Origin: Octopus vulgaris
Lineage: Eukaryota
DNA: 64,000 nt
Direction of reading: 5' to 3'
Assembly (NCBI GenBank): GCA_951406725.2
Contig: OX597821.1
Span: 6,200,001-6,264,000, forward strand
Of the stretch, positions 62,473 to 64,000 are shown piece after piece (positions within the stretch are counted from its first letter, which is position 1; each line of letters starts with the position of its first letter). The position numbers were made by a program, and so were the translations under genes. Under the pieces are notes generated by a model. The model worked only from the letters and a program-made list of their open reading frames with translations, was not told the origin of the DNA and made no database searches.

Positions 62473-64000
62473 CTCTATTTCTATCTTCCTCTAATTCTTT
62501 GTCCCCTTCCGGTGCCCTCTTTCTTCATCCTACCCATCTCCTGGACGCACTCGCTCGACTTGCTAGAAATAGTTGTCAAATCAACTTGAAATCACACCTT
62601 ACTCTCTTACAAAATGATATAATCTTGGGTGCGTTATGCATTGTTAAAAAACGAGATGGTCAAGGCTGGAAATGCCATTGATAACAAGTCTGCTCGATCA
62701 GAGATGACCAAGGGCTGAACAACAACAACAGTAAGCCCCTTTAGTGTCTCTCCCTCTCTGCAATTCATTACTGTTGACTCTTCGCGCCTCTCACCCACCT
62801 CTGCACCTCCCTAATCTATTATCCAAAGGCCACTTACTCTCTCACCTCTTTCTTTTTCCCTCTCCTTCTCTCTCTGTCTCCATTACTCTCTCTCCATCTG
62901 TGACTCCGTGTCTATGTGTCTCTGTGTCTATCTGTTTCTGTCTCTCTCTCGCTCTCTCTCTAACTAAACTCTATCTTTCTCCACCTTTTTCTCTTCTCCC
63001 ACTCTTACTCTTTCATTTTCTCTTTTCAGCTGTTGCTTACACTTTCATTTTACAAGCAACTTTCTTTTACTTTATCGCTCTCCCTCTCCCCCTCTCACTC
63101 CCTCTACTTTTATCCTTCTACCCCTCTCATTCTGTCTCCCTCCTTCTCCACCACTTTCTCTCTTCTCTCCCTCTCTCTCTTCTCTACCCCCTCTCTCTCT
63201 TCTCTCACACTTTCACACTCCTGATTTGTTGTTTGTCACCAACAGTTTCATAATCGAAGCTACTCTCTCCTTATCTCTCACTCACTTACTCCCTCTTTCA
63301 CTTAATTACTCCCTCTCTCTTACGCACATATTGTTTCTCTTTCTTCTGCTTTTTCTACACTCTCCGTCCACTCATCCTCCTCTCACCTCTACCCACTCAT
63401 CCAATCTGTCGTCTGTGAAAGACAAGGTATTCTCAAAGCTCTTTTTTCTGTTCGTCTTTCTCCTACTCTGTCTCTCTCATCCATTCAATCAGCTATTCTC
63501 TCTCTCTCTCTCTCTCTCTCACTCTTACTCTATCATCTGTTACGCTCCATTCCTCTCTCTTACACCATTACCCTTTCTTCGATCTGTTGACTTACCGGCA
63601 ATTTCTTTGTTTCTCTCCTCACTTTCACTTTCTCTCTCTCTCTCAGTCATACTTGCCTTTTACTCACTCATTTACTAAGGTTTTCTCCCTTACTCATTCA
63701 GCTCCCCGAGTTATTTTATTTCATTCAATCAATCTTTCCCCCTATCATTCAATCAATCACTTTCTTAACGAATAACTCTTTCATATTCATTCGAATATTT
63801 ACTTTCTCTCTTAACCAATTACTCTCACGTTTTCTATATTAATCAATTATTCAATCACTCTTTCTCCCTTATCCAATAAATCAACTTCACTCATTCATCT
63901 CACTCAGTCATTCACTCTGTTGTTCTTTCTCTCTCTCTTTCTTCTGCCCCCTCCTACTCTATCATCATCTTTCACTTCATTCTTCCTCCTCTCACTTTTA
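62235..64000. repeat. Extended CT-rich low-complexity region
   Basis: Directly visible, interrupted by a family F repeat at ~62555-62730. Confidence 0.9.

Noticed and set aside
62223-63775. Several Leu/Ser/Phe-rich hydrophobic ORFs
   Set aside because: Low-complexity polypyrimidine DNA with no credible coding signal.

Overview
Eukaryotic, repeat-dense animal genomic DNA; the SINE/LINE/MITE and microsatellite content is what I recall from octopus (coleoid cephalopod) genomes, an inference not checked by any search. The window holds the last 24 coding exons (627-41939, + strand) of a TTC37/SKIC3 (SKI3) orthologue, the TPR scaffold of the SKI complex. I spliced them by hand into one continuous reading frame of 2717 nt (about 904 aa plus stop), which needs one non-canonical GC-AG intron. 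The rest is intronic or intergenic: at least four SINE-like families, RTE and HERO-like LINE remnants, Tc1/mariner (maT-like) transposase relics, mariner/hAT/piggyBac-type MITEs, two non-autonomous Helitrons and long microsatellites. Nearly all entries in the supplied ORF track are repeat artefacts. The most notable signal is a ~220 bp near-perfect palindrome in an intron (8773-8992) in which each arm folds as a complete type I hammerhead ribozyme, plus several degenerate minimal hammerhead motifs elsewhere. I found no rRNA, true tRNA, CRISPR or prokaryotic features. Exon and intron numbers count only those inside this window.
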